64,000 bases of DNA, taken from positions 224,001-288,000 of the forward strand of contig CAVTNB010000003.1 of NCBI GenBank assembly GCA_963736005.1, written 5' to 3'. This stretch comes from an uncultured Pseudomonadota bacterium (GTDB lineage Bacteria > Vulcanimicrobiota > Vulcanimicrobiia > Eremiobacterales > Eremiobacteraceae). Position numbers and translations under genes: made by a program. This document shows, piece by piece, positions 36,765-46,303 of this stretch (position 1 is the first letter of the stretch; each line of letters begins with the position of its first letter). The notes under the pieces are model-generated. The model saw nothing but the letters and a program-made list of their open reading frames with translations, made no database searches and was not told the DNA's origin.

Positions 36765-38228
36765 TTAGGTTTGGGAGGCGGCGAGAAGTTCCGAGTGCCG
36801 CTGCTCAACCGCGGGATCTGTCGTGTGCTCTAAGATTAACGCAAGCGTCGAGACGGCTTGCTCCAGTTCACCCGCGTCAGCTTGGCGGTCTGCCAACTGC
36901 AAGCCGAGGGCGGCAGCATCATCAAATCGCTCCAGCCCCAAATAGCATTCCAAGAGCGGGGTCGCAACGTCAGGATCAAACCCTGCTTTGATCAGTCGCT
37001 CGTAGCTGGACGCTGCTGAGGCAAAATCACCCGCGTTAAACGCGGTATCGCCTTTTCTCCGCGTAAATGCCGCAAGCCCAGGCGGCAGTCCACCAGCGGT
37101 CGTGGGTTGCGTGCTCCCAATGCTGACCGACGGGGTGTAGCCCTGGGGAGCCGCCGGGCGCGCGGTATCACGCGTGCTTGATTGAGCGCCATTGGATGCG
37201 CTCTGGCTTACGACCCCTTCGGGCTCTTCGCTTGCCGCGGAACCAAACAGGATACGTATCTCGTCATCACTCGCAGGCTCGACGTTCGACACGTCATCCC
37301 ATGCCGAACTCGCCTCGATCTCGCTTGGATGGCCGGCCCACGACGGTGCTGCTTCCGAGGGCTCCTGTGCAGCCTCGTCGGGCTGCTCAGACGCTTGCTG
37401 TTCGGATTCGTCGGCGAATTCTTCAACGGGCGTTTCGGCTTGAGATGCAACCGGTTGCTCCGCAGCCGCCTTCGCAACAGAGTCAGACGCCGGAAGCACC
37501 GACAATCGTCTCTCGATTCCGGCCCATCGCGCGTCATCCAGTCCTGCGTCACGCGCAGTTTCTACCACGCGCGCGATTTGATCGCGCTTTTGGCTAAACG
37601 CATCGTCCGAGAACGACTCGAGCCACCGCAAGACGTCGCTCGCCGACTGAGGCGAGACTTCGAGTAGTTTTTGAGCGAAGACAGGAACCGACTCAAAATG
37701 TTGGGCCTGCATGAGCTCGCCAATCCCGCGCCGCAAATAGTCCACCGCTTCGCTGTTACGGCTCATGATCGCGTAGAGCTCGCCAAGACGCGCCTGGATG
37801 GCGCCGTCATCGGGTATGAGCTTTTCGCAGTAGCGATATTCATCGATGGCGTCGGCCATGTACGACCCGCGATACAAACCTTCGGCATTTGCAAGGCGGA
37901 TAACCGGATCATCAGGATTTTCGGTTGCAAGAGCGCTGAGCAATTCCAGAATCGAATCGTTCACCTGCGCCTGGCGTGTGAGTTTCGCAAACTGCTTGCC
38001 AAGCACAGCGCGGTCGGCTCCCAGGGGGTTGACCTCCTTGGAACCGAACAGACCGCGCTTCTTCTCACGCGTATTGAGAACTTCAGCGAGAATGAGGACC
38101 GCAGCATCCCAGCGCCGCTCGTTTGCCATAGCGTCGGTAGCTTCGACGTACAAAGGGACCGCCGCCCTAAGTCCCTTGAGGGCGGCGACCTCTTGAGCCT
38201 TCGCGAGTTTACTAGAACCTTGCGTCAC
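36765..38228 (-). CDS. TPR protein with acidic low-complexity linker
   Basis: Helical TPR-like N- and C-regions separated by an E/A/S/P/Q-rich segment. Confidence 0.75.
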   Translation of the reverse strand: MTQGSSKLAKAQEVAALKGLRAAVPLYVEATDAMANERRWDAAVLILAEVLNTREKKRGLFGSKEVNPLGADRAVLGKQFAKLTRQAQVNDSILELLSALATENPDDPVIRLANAEGLYRGSYMADAIDEYRYCEKLIPDDGAIQARLGELYAIMSRNSEAVDYLRRGIGELMQAQHFESVPVFAQKLLEVSPQSASDVLRWLESFSDDAFSQKRDQIARVVETARDAGLDDARWAGIERRLSVLPASDSVAKAAAEQPVASQAETPVEEFADESEQQASEQPDEAAQEPSEAAPSWAGHPSEIEASSAWDDVSNVEPASDDEIRILFGSAASEEPEGVVSQSASNGAQSSTRDTARPAAPQGYTPSVSIGSTQPTTAGGLPPGLAAFTRRKGDTAFNAGDFASAASSYERLIKAGFDPDVATPLLECYLGLERFDDAAALGLQLADRQADAGELEQAVSTLALILEHTTDPAVEQRHSELLAASQT

Positions 38229-40845
38229 GTCCGCCTCGCCCGTCGCGGGTCAACACGGGGTTCGGCTCAGGCACCTCGATCTTTGCGAGCTGGTCTTTGA
38301 GTGCGGTGATCCGATCGCCAACGTCTCGGTAATCTGGCGCACCAGCTTGAATTTCCTCAAACGACCAGAGCGCAAGATTGAGCGATTCCTGATCGCCTCT
38401 GCTTTCGTACAGGTCCGCGAGGTTGTAGAGAACGTCTCGATACTGAGCATCTGGTTGGCCCGGAATTTCGAGCGCCTTTGAAAAGTGCTGCGCAGCCTCG
38501 TCCGTGCGGCCGAGTCCCCGCAAGCACAACCCGATACCGTTCTCTCGAAGGACGCCATAGTCGCCATCCGACAAGGCCTCGAAAATGGACAACGCTTCTT
38601 TGAAACGCTTGAGGTCAACATACGAGAGGGCGAGGCAGTAGCGACCTGCGATACTCGTGCTTCCACCGCTGACGAGCTTCTCGCATGCCTTTACCGCCGC
38701 GGCAGCGTTGCCGCTTTCGCGCAAGCGCTGCGCCGCTTCAACGTATCGTACATCTGGATCGGCGGCGCCGTTGGCGCCATCGCGAGCGGCGCGGAGCGCC
38801 TCGTCAAGTCGTCCGGCAACGACGAGCGCATCAACATCAATTTTCCCGCCATCTGCCTTCTTCGCAGAAGCGGCGGCCGCGCTCGCTGGTGCGGCGGCTG
38901 GCTTGGCTGCCGGCGCCGGTGCCGCAGCCGCAGGTGCGGCGGCCGCAGGTGCTGGCGCCTTCGGTGCCGCTGGAGCTGCGCCATTGACCTGGGATGAGGC
39001 AGCTTGGAATTGACTGTCGCGCTGAGCACGCTTTTGATCTAACTGGCCAATTGCAGCCGCGGCCTGTGACTTCTTTGCTTCGATTGCAGGAGACAGCGTG
39101 CTCAGGTCGTTGCGCGCCGCATCGACTTGCGCTTTGAGCTGTTGGAGCGTTGCAACGGTTGCTTTGAGTTGGGCAATGCTCGCTGCCGCAGAAGTGGCGT
39201 CTGCTTTGGCTGACTTCGATTCCGCCAGCACGCTTTGCAGTTGACCCTGGACATCGTCTGCTTGCGCTCGCGCAGCGGTGATCCGGTTCATGAGATCGGT
39301 CGCGGTCTTCTCAACTGCGCCCGCATTAGTAGCAGCTTCGGCGACCCGCTTTTGTGCCGACTCGAGCGTGCTGGCTGCATTCGTGATGAGCGTGGCGACG
39401 CCAGAGGACTTCGCTTCCACATCGCTGATGAATTGCGGCAGCGCCGCAAGTTTCTCCAAATTCGCTCGCGTGGCTTCGAGTTTCGCCCGCAGATCATCAA
39501 GCGCTTTATCCTCAGCAGCTTTCGCCTGGCTTACCGTGTCAAGCTGGGCCTTGAGGGATGCAATGCTTGATTCGACGCTGCCTCGTTGTGCGTTGAGCGC
39601 CTCGAGCGATGCTTGGGCGGCCTTGATATCTCGCTCGATGGCAACGCGCTTCTTGTATGCCTCGGCAACCTCGGCCGTAATTGCAGCCAGTTTCGAAGTA
39701 ACTTCCGACTGCTGCTCGAGCAGTGTCACTTCTTCTGGAAGATCGTTATCCATGGCGCTCCCTGTGGCAACCGGCTCGGCCGGCGAGGATTTGGGTGCAT
39801 CTAACATCGAGCTCGTACCGTTTACAATCGGCGCCGAGGGCGCAGCTTGCTTCGCGGTTTGGGCGGCGACTGCGGGAGCAGGCGCTGCCTTTGGAGGCGG
39901 CGGTGGCGTTGCGGCGACGCGCGCCGCCGCTGGAGCCAGCTTGGCTGGCGCCGAAGCGAATACAGGCGGCGTGGGTTTCGCCGCGGGCGCAGCGCTCGCG
40001 GCGGCTGGTCTCGCTGGTGCCGCGGGCGCTACCACCGTCTTGGCGGGCTGTGCGGGTGCGGCAGCGGGCTTTAGTATCTGCTTTTGGGCAGGCTCTTGTG
40101 TCTTGGCCGGCTCGACCTTTGAGAGCTCGGATTCCAAACGGCGCGCTTCCCAGTTGTCATCTTCGATTTGCAGCGCACTATCGACGAGCCGTCGCGCTTC
40201 TTTGTATTGCATGGCAGCCATCGCTGCGCGAGCGCCTTGCAAATAGAATCCTAGCGCATCGCCGAGCATGCTCTTCTTGCGATAGAGATCTGCCAAGCGC
40301 GTCAGCGTAGGGACGTGATGGCGGTCGCGCTCCGCAATCTTTTTGTACGCCGCGATTGCTTGATCGGTTTGACCATCACCCTCGTACAGAACCGCGGCTT
40401 CGTAGAGCGCGGGCAAATGCCGCAGATTTGACTTGCGCAGTACTTCGACAAATTTTTCCAGCGCTTGTTCGCGCTTGTTCTCAGCCAGGTCGACGCGACC
40501 AAGCTCAAACAACGCGTCATAACTTTTTTGGTCGAGTGTATGGGCCGACGCGAAGCTCGATCGCGCAATGGCCAAATCACCGGCATCGAGTGCTTTGCGC
40601 CCGCAGTCGAGGAAGGTGGTGATTGCATCCGACGTTGCGCCCGCAGTCCCAAGTGCTTTGGCGGCATCCATCCGCGTACTTAATGATAGATCAGACTGCT
40701 TGAGAAGTTGACGTAGTGTGACTGCCGCCCCATCCATGTCGCCTCGGGCCAACTGATCGCGCGCCTTGACGACAGCAGGATTGGTCGGCTCGGCTGGCTG
40801 GCCGGCGGCTGCATCGTTGCGCCGATTTTTTCCGAGATTGGACAT
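38212..40845 (-). CDS. Large TPR - Ala/Pro linker - coiled coil - TPR protein
   Basis: N-terminal TPRs, PAA repeats, long heptad region, C-terminal TPRs ending YRDVGDRI. Confidence 0.8.
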   Translation of the reverse strand: MSNLGKNRRNDAAAGQPAEPTNPAVVKARDQLARGDMDGAAVTLRQLLKQSDLSLSTRMDAAKALGTAGATSDAITTFLDCGRKALDAGDLAIARSSFASAHTLDQKSYDALFELGRVDLAENKREQALEKFVEVLRKSNLRHLPALYEAAVLYEGDGQTDQAIAAYKKIAERDRHHVPTLTRLADLYRKKSMLGDALGFYLQGARAAMAAMQYKEARRLVDSALQIEDDNWEARRLESELSKVEPAKTQEPAQKQILKPAAAPAQPAKTVVAPAAPARPAAASAAPAAKPTPPVFASAPAKLAPAAARVAATPPPPPKAAPAPAVAAQTAKQAAPSAPIVNGTSSMLDAPKSSPAEPVATGSAMDNDLPEEVTLLEQQSEVTSKLAAITAEVAEAYKKRVAIERDIKAAQASLEALNAQRGSVESSIASLKAQLDTVSQAKAAEDKALDDLRAKLEATRANLEKLAALPQFISDVEAKSSGVATLITNAASTLESAQKRVAEAATNAGAVEKTATDLMNRITAARAQADDVQGQLQSVLAESKSAKADATSAAASIAQLKATVATLQQLKAQVDAARNDLSTLSPAIEAKKSQAAAAIGQLDQKRAQRDSQFQAASSQVNGAAPAAPKAPAPAAAAPAAAAPAPAAKPAAAPASAAAASAKKADGGKIDVDALVVAGRLDEALRAARDGANGAADPDVRYVEAAQRLRESGNAAAAVKACEKLVSGGSTSIAGRYCLALSYVDLKRFKEALSIFEALSDGDYGVLRENGIGLCLRGLGRTDEAAQHFSKALEIPGQPDAQYRDVLYNLADLYESRGDQESLNLALWSFEEIQAGAPDYRDVGDRITALKDQLAKIEVPEPNPVLTRDGRGGRDARF

Positions 40846-41009
40846 CGCGTACTACCCTTAACCGGGCCGCTTTTTTTGGGTCGAACAAGCCGGATGGGAG
40901 CTCGCCGCACCTATGGAGCGCGCCGTCTTTCTCATAATAGAATCGGCCAGTTGCGCCCAAGCCGTTAAGGGCCGAGGCGAATCGAACGCTCGTTCGAGGC
41001 ATCGTGCAG

Positions 41010-41034
41010 AGCGGACCTAAAGGTTCGCTGCTAC
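41010..41034 (-). repeat. GTAG-REP type B overlapping the trxB stop codon
   Basis: Minus strand GTAGC-AGCGAACC-TTTA-GGTCCGCT; TAG 41031-41033 is the trxB stop. Confidence 0.85.
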
Positions 41035-41978
41035 GTTATCGCAGCTTCGCGAGCGTGTTCTGCCTCCAAGTACCGTTCGGCTTCCAGTGCCGCGCGGCAC
41101 CCCATGCCGGCCGCCGTCACCGCTTGGCGATAGCGAAAATCGAAGACATCACCGGCAACAAAAACGCCATCCGCCGCCGTGTGCACGCCGTCGCTCGACG
41201 CAATGTAGCCCCGGGCGTCCAGGTCGAGTTGACCCGCGAAAAGCTCAGTGTTCGGCTTATGGCCGATGGCAACGAAGACGGCAGCGCAGGTGCGCTCCGA
41301 CTGCTCGCCGGTCTTGACATTGCGCAAGCGGACGCCGCTCACACGTCCGTCCCCCAGGATGTCTTCAACCGTGGTATCCCAGATGAACCGTATCTTCGGA
41401 TGGTTCATAGCTCGCTGCTGCATGATCTTAGAGGCTCGCAGTTGATCGCGCCTGTGGACGATGGTCACGCTGCGGCCAAAACGCGTGAGAAAAAGCGCCT
41501 CCTCCAATGCAGTGTCACCGCCACCAACCACGAGAATCTCCTTATCTTTAAAGAAGGCCCCGTCGCAAGTGGCACAACTCGATACTCCTCTTCCCCTCAA
41601 TGCGGTCTCGCTGTCTAGGCCCAACCATATGGCCGACGCCCCCGTCGCCACGATCACAGCGTGTGCGCGATATTCGTGCTCGTCCACCCAAACCCGATGC
41701 ACCGTTCCCGAGAAGTCGACGCGCGTGACGTCAACGTTGTGAATGATCGCGCCGAACCGTTCGGCTTGCGCACGAAACTTTTCCATGATCTCGGGACCCA
41801 AAATTCCCTCTGGAAAACCCGGATAGTTTTCGACATCCGTGGTGAGCATCAACTGGCCGCCGTACTGACCGCCCGCAAAAATGAGCGGTTCCAGATTGGC
41901 CCGCGCTGCATACACGCCTGCCGTTAAGCCTGCTGGCCCCGAGCCGATGATAATGAGCTTGTGCACCTCGTCCTTCAT
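41031..41978 (-). CDS. trxB: Thioredoxin-disulfide reductase
   Basis: IIGSGPAG, GGQLMLTTDVENYPGF, SCATCDG, GGGDTA, HRRD, YRQAVTAAG. Confidence 0.96.
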   Translation of the reverse strand: MKDEVHKLIIIGSGPAGLTAGVYAARANLEPLIFAGGQYGGQLMLTTDVENYPGFPEGILGPEIMEKFRAQAERFGAIIHNVDVTRVDFSGTVHRVWVDEHEYRAHAVIVATGASAIWLGLDSETALRGRGVSSCATCDGAFFKDKEILVVGGGDTALEEALFLTRFGRSVTIVHRRDQLRASKIMQQRAMNHPKIRFIWDTTVEDILGDGRVSGVRLRNVKTGEQSERTCAAVFVAIGHKPNTELFAGQLDLDARGYIASSDGVHTAADGVFVAGDVFDFRYRQAVTAAGMGCRAALEAERYLEAEHAREAAIT

Positions 41979-42063
41979 GGACACTATCCATTCTGTCAAT
42001 TTTCTAGAGATGCCCCTGTGCGGTTGCAAGAACGTTACCTCCTTCCTCGAACCACGCAACTCG

Positions 42064-43068
42064 ATGAAAACCTTCCCCTCAAGCCCTGACCTCTTTGACG
42101 CGATCGGCAACACGCCGCTCATCAGGTTGGCCAACCTGTCGGCTGCAATCGATCGAACGATTCTGGGCAAAGCCGAGTTCCTCAATCCAGGTGGATCGGT
42201 AAAAGACCGGGCGGCGAAGTTTATTATCGAGGATGCGGAGCGCGCTGGTCGTCTGCGCCCTGGCGGCACTATCGTTGAAGGCACGGCCGGCAACACCGGC
42301 ATAGCGCTCACCATGCTCGGCAACGCTCGAGGATACAAGTCCATCATCGTCACGCCGGACGATCAATCCGCCGAGAAGATCGAACTGCTTCGCGTCCTTG
42401 GTGCGGATGTGCGGCTCGTGCCGGCCACCCCTTTCACGAATCCCGAGAACTACTATCACGTTGCGCAGCGCACTGCACAGTCTTTACCCGGCGCCGTTTG
42501 GGCCGACCAGTTCAACAATCTTGCGAACGCGCGCGGCCATTACGAGACGACCGGCCCGGAGATCTGGTCTGCCTGCGGCGAGCAGCTCGACGCCTTTGTG
42601 ACGTCAGCGGGAACCGGTGGAACGTTTGCAGGCGTCTCGGTGGCGCTCAAGGAGCGCAAGCCAAAACTCTTGACTGTGGTTGCGGATCCTATGGGTTCCG
42701 CCATGTACTCGTACGTGAAGAACGGCACGCTCGATGTTGAAGGGGACTCAGTTGCCGAAGGTATCGGCATTAAACGCGTGACCGAAAACTTTCGCACCGC
42801 GGTGGCTGACGACGCAATCCGAATCGACGACATCACGATGGTTGAGATGGCCTACTACCTCTTGCGCGAGGAAGGCCTGCTGCTTGGGGGCTCAGCCGCC
42901 TTGAACGTCGCCGCGGCAGCACGCATCGCCCTGCGGCTTCCACCCAAAAGCGTGGTTGCCACCGTCTTGTGCGATGGCGGCAGCCGTTATCTTTCTCGCT
43001 TGTACAACGCGCAATGGCTTGCGGAGAACGGACTCGTACCGCAGCAGCGCGGGTTGACTTTCCTCTAA
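42064..43068 (+). CDS. cysK: Cysteine synthase (PLP)
   Basis: IGNTPL, KAEFLNPGGSVKDR, EGTAGNTGI, GTGGT, EGIG, LCDGGSRY. Confidence 0.88.
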   Translation: MKTFPSSPDLFDAIGNTPLIRLANLSAAIDRTILGKAEFLNPGGSVKDRAAKFIIEDAERAGRLRPGGTIVEGTAGNTGIALTMLGNARGYKSIIVTPDDQSAEKIELLRVLGADVRLVPATPFTNPENYYHVAQRTAQSLPGAVWADQFNNLANARGHYETTGPEIWSACGEQLDAFVTSAGTGGTFAGVSVALKERKPKLLTVVADPMGSAMYSYVKNGTLDVEGDSVAEGIGIKRVTENFRTAVADDAIRIDDITMVEMAYYLLREEGLLLGGSAALNVAAAARIALRLPPKSVVATVLCDGGSRYLSRLYNAQWLAENGLVPQQRGLTFL

Positions 43069-43120
43069 GACCGAAGCGGCGCAAACGTAGGTTTTGCAGA
43101 GGCTGCCGCCAAACCGAACC

Positions 43121-43138
43121 TTGGGATAAATTTCACAA
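43121..43138. promoter_or_regulatory. Putative Rex operator upstream of nuoA
   Basis: TTGGGAT-AAAT-TTCACAA matches 12/14 positions of TTGTGAA-N4-TTCACAA, 44 nt before the nuoA ATG. Confidence 0.55.
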
Positions 43139-43182
43139 AGTCTCTGTCTACCGGCTCGCTGATCGCCCGCCCGAGGATACGG

Positions 43183-43542
43183 ATGCAACCTTCGCCCTGG
43201 ACCACCATTGCCGTTTTTTTCATCGTGGCGCTCGTTGTCGCAGGCGTGATTTCGATCGTTCCGGGCATTTTTACCCGGAAGCGCCCCACCAAAGAAAAAC
43301 TTGAAGCGTATGAATGCGGCGTGCCGCCGACTTCGGAACTCACCGGTCGTTTCCCAATTCGCTTTTATCTCGTGGCCATGCTGTTTGTGATCTTCGACGT
43401 TGAAACGGCCTCGTTTTATCCATGGGCGGTCAAGCTCAAGTCGCTAGGATTTTTTGGTTTCACCGAGATGTTGACGTTCATCATCGTGCTGGGCATCGGA
43501 TACGCCTATGTCTGGAAGAAGGGCGGATTCTCATGGCGCTAG
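43183..43542 (+). CDS. nuoA: NADH-quinone oxidoreductase subunit A
   Basis: [22 protein letters not shown]. Confidence 0.96.
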   Translation: MQPSPWTTIAVFFIVALVVAGVISIVPGIFTRKRPTKEKLEAYECGVPPTSELTGRFPIRFYLVAMLFVIFDVETASFYPWAVKLKSLGFFGFTEMLTFIIVLGIGYAYVWKKGGFSWR

Positions 43543-44015
43543 ACGAAAATCAGCCCTTCGTTGTCACCAAGCTAGACGATTTTCTCAAGTGGGCACAGTC
43601 GTCAGCCATCTGGCCGATGACCATGGGGCTCGCATGCTGCGCGATCGAGATGATGAGCATGGTGTCACCCAAGTATGACACCGCCCGTTTCGGTGCAGAA
43701 GTCTTTCGTTCGTCGCCGCGTCAAGCCGACCTGATGATCGTGTCCGGCCGCGTTTCAAACAAGATGGCGCCGGTGCTGCGTCAGCTCTACGAGCAGATGC
43801 CCGATCCAAAGTGGGTCATCTCAATGGGCGCTTGCGCTTCCAGCGGTGGTATCTTTGACAACTATGCCATCACGCCGGCCGACACGTTCCTGCCCATTGA
43901 CATCTACGTCCCAGGTTGCCCGCCGAGCCCGGACGCGCTCATTTACGCGCTCATGCAACTGCGGCGCGAGATTCGCGCGGGCAGCAAGGCCAAGGTGCTC
44001 TCATCGAATGCCTGA
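43533..44015 (+). CDS. nuoB: NADH-quinone oxidoreductase subunit B
   Basis: [25 protein letters not shown]. Confidence 0.96.
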   Translation: MALDENQPFVVTKLDDFLKWAQSSAIWPMTMGLACCAIEMMSMVSPKYDTARFGAEVFRSSPRQADLMIVSGRVSNKMAPVLRQLYEQMPDPKWVISMGACASSGGIFDNYAITPADTFLPIDIYVPGCPPSPDALIYALMQLRREIRAGSKAKVLSSNA

Positions 44016-44580
44016 GAGCATCAAACCCCATCCCGAGCGCGCGGCGCTTGCACCCCTGATCGAAGCACTCACGCAAGCTGCCGGTGAACATCTTCTCGAA
44101 GCTGTGGCCGCGGAGGACATGGACGAGATCGCGTTGCGCCCGGGTGGCTTGCTGGCCGTTATCGATCGTCTGCGAGCACACGGGTTCAACCATCTGCTCG
44201 ATATCGGGGGCACCGACCACCATCCGCTGACCCCGCGATATGAGATCTCCTATCATTTAATAGCGATACCACTCGGTGACGACCTTCGCAATCCCGGCAG
44301 GCTGATGAACCTCCCGCGCATTCGACTGCGGGTCTTTCCGCAGGATCTCGATCCGGTCGTTCCATCGCTTGCGGGCATTTGGCCCAGCGCGAACTGGCCC
44401 GAGCGGGAGATCTTCGATCTGTTTGGCGTTCGATTTGAAGGGCATCCGGATCTCCGTCGGCTGCTGAATCCGGATGATTTTGTGGGCTATCCGCTGCGCA
44501 AAGACTTTCCGTTGCGCGGCCTCGAGCGGCGCTTTGTCCCCGGCGGGCGCCTGGGCGCAGTTCCTCCGGTGAAAGAATGA
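44008..44580 (+). CDS. nuoC: NADH-quinone oxidoreductase subunit C
   Basis: [27 protein letters not shown]. Confidence 0.95.
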   Translation: MPESIKPHPERAALAPLIEALTQAAGEHLLEAVAAEDMDEIALRPGGLLAVIDRLRAHGFNHLLDIGGTDHHPLTPRYEISYHLIAIPLGDDLRNPGRLMNLPRIRLRVFPQDLDPVVPSLAGIWPSANWPEREIFDLFGVRFEGHPDLRRLLNPDDFVGYPLRKDFPLRGLERRFVPGGRLGAVPPVKE

Positions 44581-45809
44581 GCTCGCTCGACCTGGCCGCG
44601 TTCCGCGACAATCCCGACATCGGGCTCGAACGCGGAGACGAGCGCGACACGCTCGTGCTTTCCATGGGCCCGCAACATCCAAGCACTCACGGCGTACTTC
44701 GCGTCATGCTGCGGCTTGACGGAGAAACAGTTGTCACCGCTGAGCCCGAGATCGGATTTCTGCATACGGGCATCGAAAAGCAAGCCGAGAACCTGTTTTG
44801 GCAGCAGGCTATCACGGTCGTCGACCGCGCCGACTATCTCGCGCCGCTCTCCAACAGCTTGTGTTACGTACTCGCCGCCGAGCAGCTCTTGGGGATTGAC
44901 AACATCCCGCCGCGCGCCCGCGTGCTACGCGTCATGTTCACAGAGCTCACGCGCCTCGCTAGTCACCTCGTATGGCTTGGCACGCACTGTTTGGATCTCG
45001 GTGCGCAATCAATCTTCTTCTACGCGTTCGAGATGCGCGAGCGCATTCTCTCGATCATGGAATTCGTCACTGGTGCTCGCATGCACCAATCGTGGTTTCG
45101 CATCGGCGGCCTCGCCATCGACGTTCCAGTCGGCTTTCTCGACACTATCGATGACTTCATCGCGCGCTTTCCGGAGCGTTTGGCCGACATGCGAGCCATT
45201 GTTGAAAAGAACGTGATCATTGTCGACCGGCTGGTCGGCATCGGCAAGGTAACGCAGCAAGAGGCGATCGACTGGGGGCTCACCGGTCCGCCGCTGCGGG
45301 CAACGGGCATCGCCTATGACATCCGTCGCGCTCGTCCGTACTGCGATTACGACACCTACGATTTTGAGGTGCCCACGCAGACTGCCGGCGATTGTTATGC
45401 GCGCTTCGTCGTTCGGCTCAACGAGATGCACGAGTCGTGGCGCATCATCAAGCAGGCGCGCGAGCGTTTCCCGGGAGGACCTGTCGTCATCGACGACCGC
45501 AAAATCGTGCCACCGCCAAAAACCGAAATCCAGCATTCGATGGAAGCGCTCATCCATCACTTCAAACTCGTTTCGTCCGGCTTCAACGTGCCGGAGGGTC
45601 ACGTGTACCAGGCTGTGGAGAGCCCGCGCGGCGAGATGGGCATGTATGTGACGAGCGCCGGAGGCAACAAGCCATGGCGCGTGCGCTGGCGCCCACCGTC
45701 CTTTTACCATACGCAGGCACTCAAACGCCTTGCGCCGGGCAATCTCATCGCAGACGTCGTCGCGATCATCGGCAGCCTGGACCCCGTCTTTGGAGACGTC
45801 GATCGATGA
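44577..45809 (+). CDS. nuoD: NADH-quinone oxidoreductase subunit D
   Basis: [32 protein letters not shown]. Confidence 0.96.
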   Translation: MSSLDLAAFRDNPDIGLERGDERDTLVLSMGPQHPSTHGVLRVMLRLDGETVVTAEPEIGFLHTGIEKQAENLFWQQAITVVDRADYLAPLSNSLCYVLAAEQLLGIDNIPPRARVLRVMFTELTRLASHLVWLGTHCLDLGAQSIFFYAFEMRERILSIMEFVTGARMHQSWFRIGGLAIDVPVGFLDTIDDFIARFPERLADMRAIVEKNVIIVDRLVGIGKVTQQEAIDWGLTGPPLRATGIAYDIRRARPYCDYDTYDFEVPTQTAGDCYARFVVRLNEMHESWRIIKQARERFPGGPVVIDDRKIVPPPKTEIQHSMEALIHHFKLVSSGFNVPEGHVYQAVESPRGEMGMYVTSAGGNKPWRVRWRPPSFYHTQALKRLAPGNLIADVVAIIGSLDPVFGDVDR

Positions 45810-46300
45810 CGCCCGAACGAGAACGCCGGGCGGCGGAGCTTGCCGCAAAGTATCCGCAAACCCAATCGGCGCTGATCCCATTCCTGCAGTTCTGCCAGCA
45901 GCAGGATGGCTTCGTGACCGAGCAGGCGATTTTGGACGCCGCCGAAATGGCCGGCATCACCCCGAGCGAAGTCGAGTCGATTGCGACTTTTTATAGCTTG
46001 CTCTTCAAAGAGCCCGCGGGCAAACACGTCATCCAAATCTGCCGCACGCTGTCCTGCATGCTCCGCGGCGCGGACGAGTTGCAACAGCACGCGCGCCGGC
46101 GACTCGGCCTGGCCAATGGCGAAACAAGTTCTGACGGCAAGTTCACCTACGAGGAAGTCGAGTGTCTGGCAGCCTGCGATCGCGCACCGTGTCTCCAACA
46201 CAATCTTGAGTTCCACTACGACGTGACGCCGGCGGATTTCGACCGCTTGCTCGAAACGTGGCGAGCGCAGGACCCGGTCACGAGCTTGCCGGCGGAATAA
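45806..46300 (+). CDS. nuoE: NADH-quinone oxidoreductase subunit E
   Basis: ATFY, CRTLSC, ECLAACDRAP. Confidence 0.95.
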   Translation: MTPERERRAAELAAKYPQTQSALIPFLQFCQQQDGFVTEQAILDAAEMAGITPSEVESIATFYSLLFKEPAGKHVIQICRTLSCMLRGADELQQHARRRLGLANGETSSDGKFTYEEVECLAACDRAPCLQHNLEFHYDVTPADFDRLLETWRAQDPVTSLPAE

Positions 46301-46303
46301 ACG

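Noticed and set aside
40940..40968. Sigma-28 promoter for the TPR operon
   Set aside because: Both boxes deviate from consensus (TAAC-N16-GCCGATTC) and the spacing is off.
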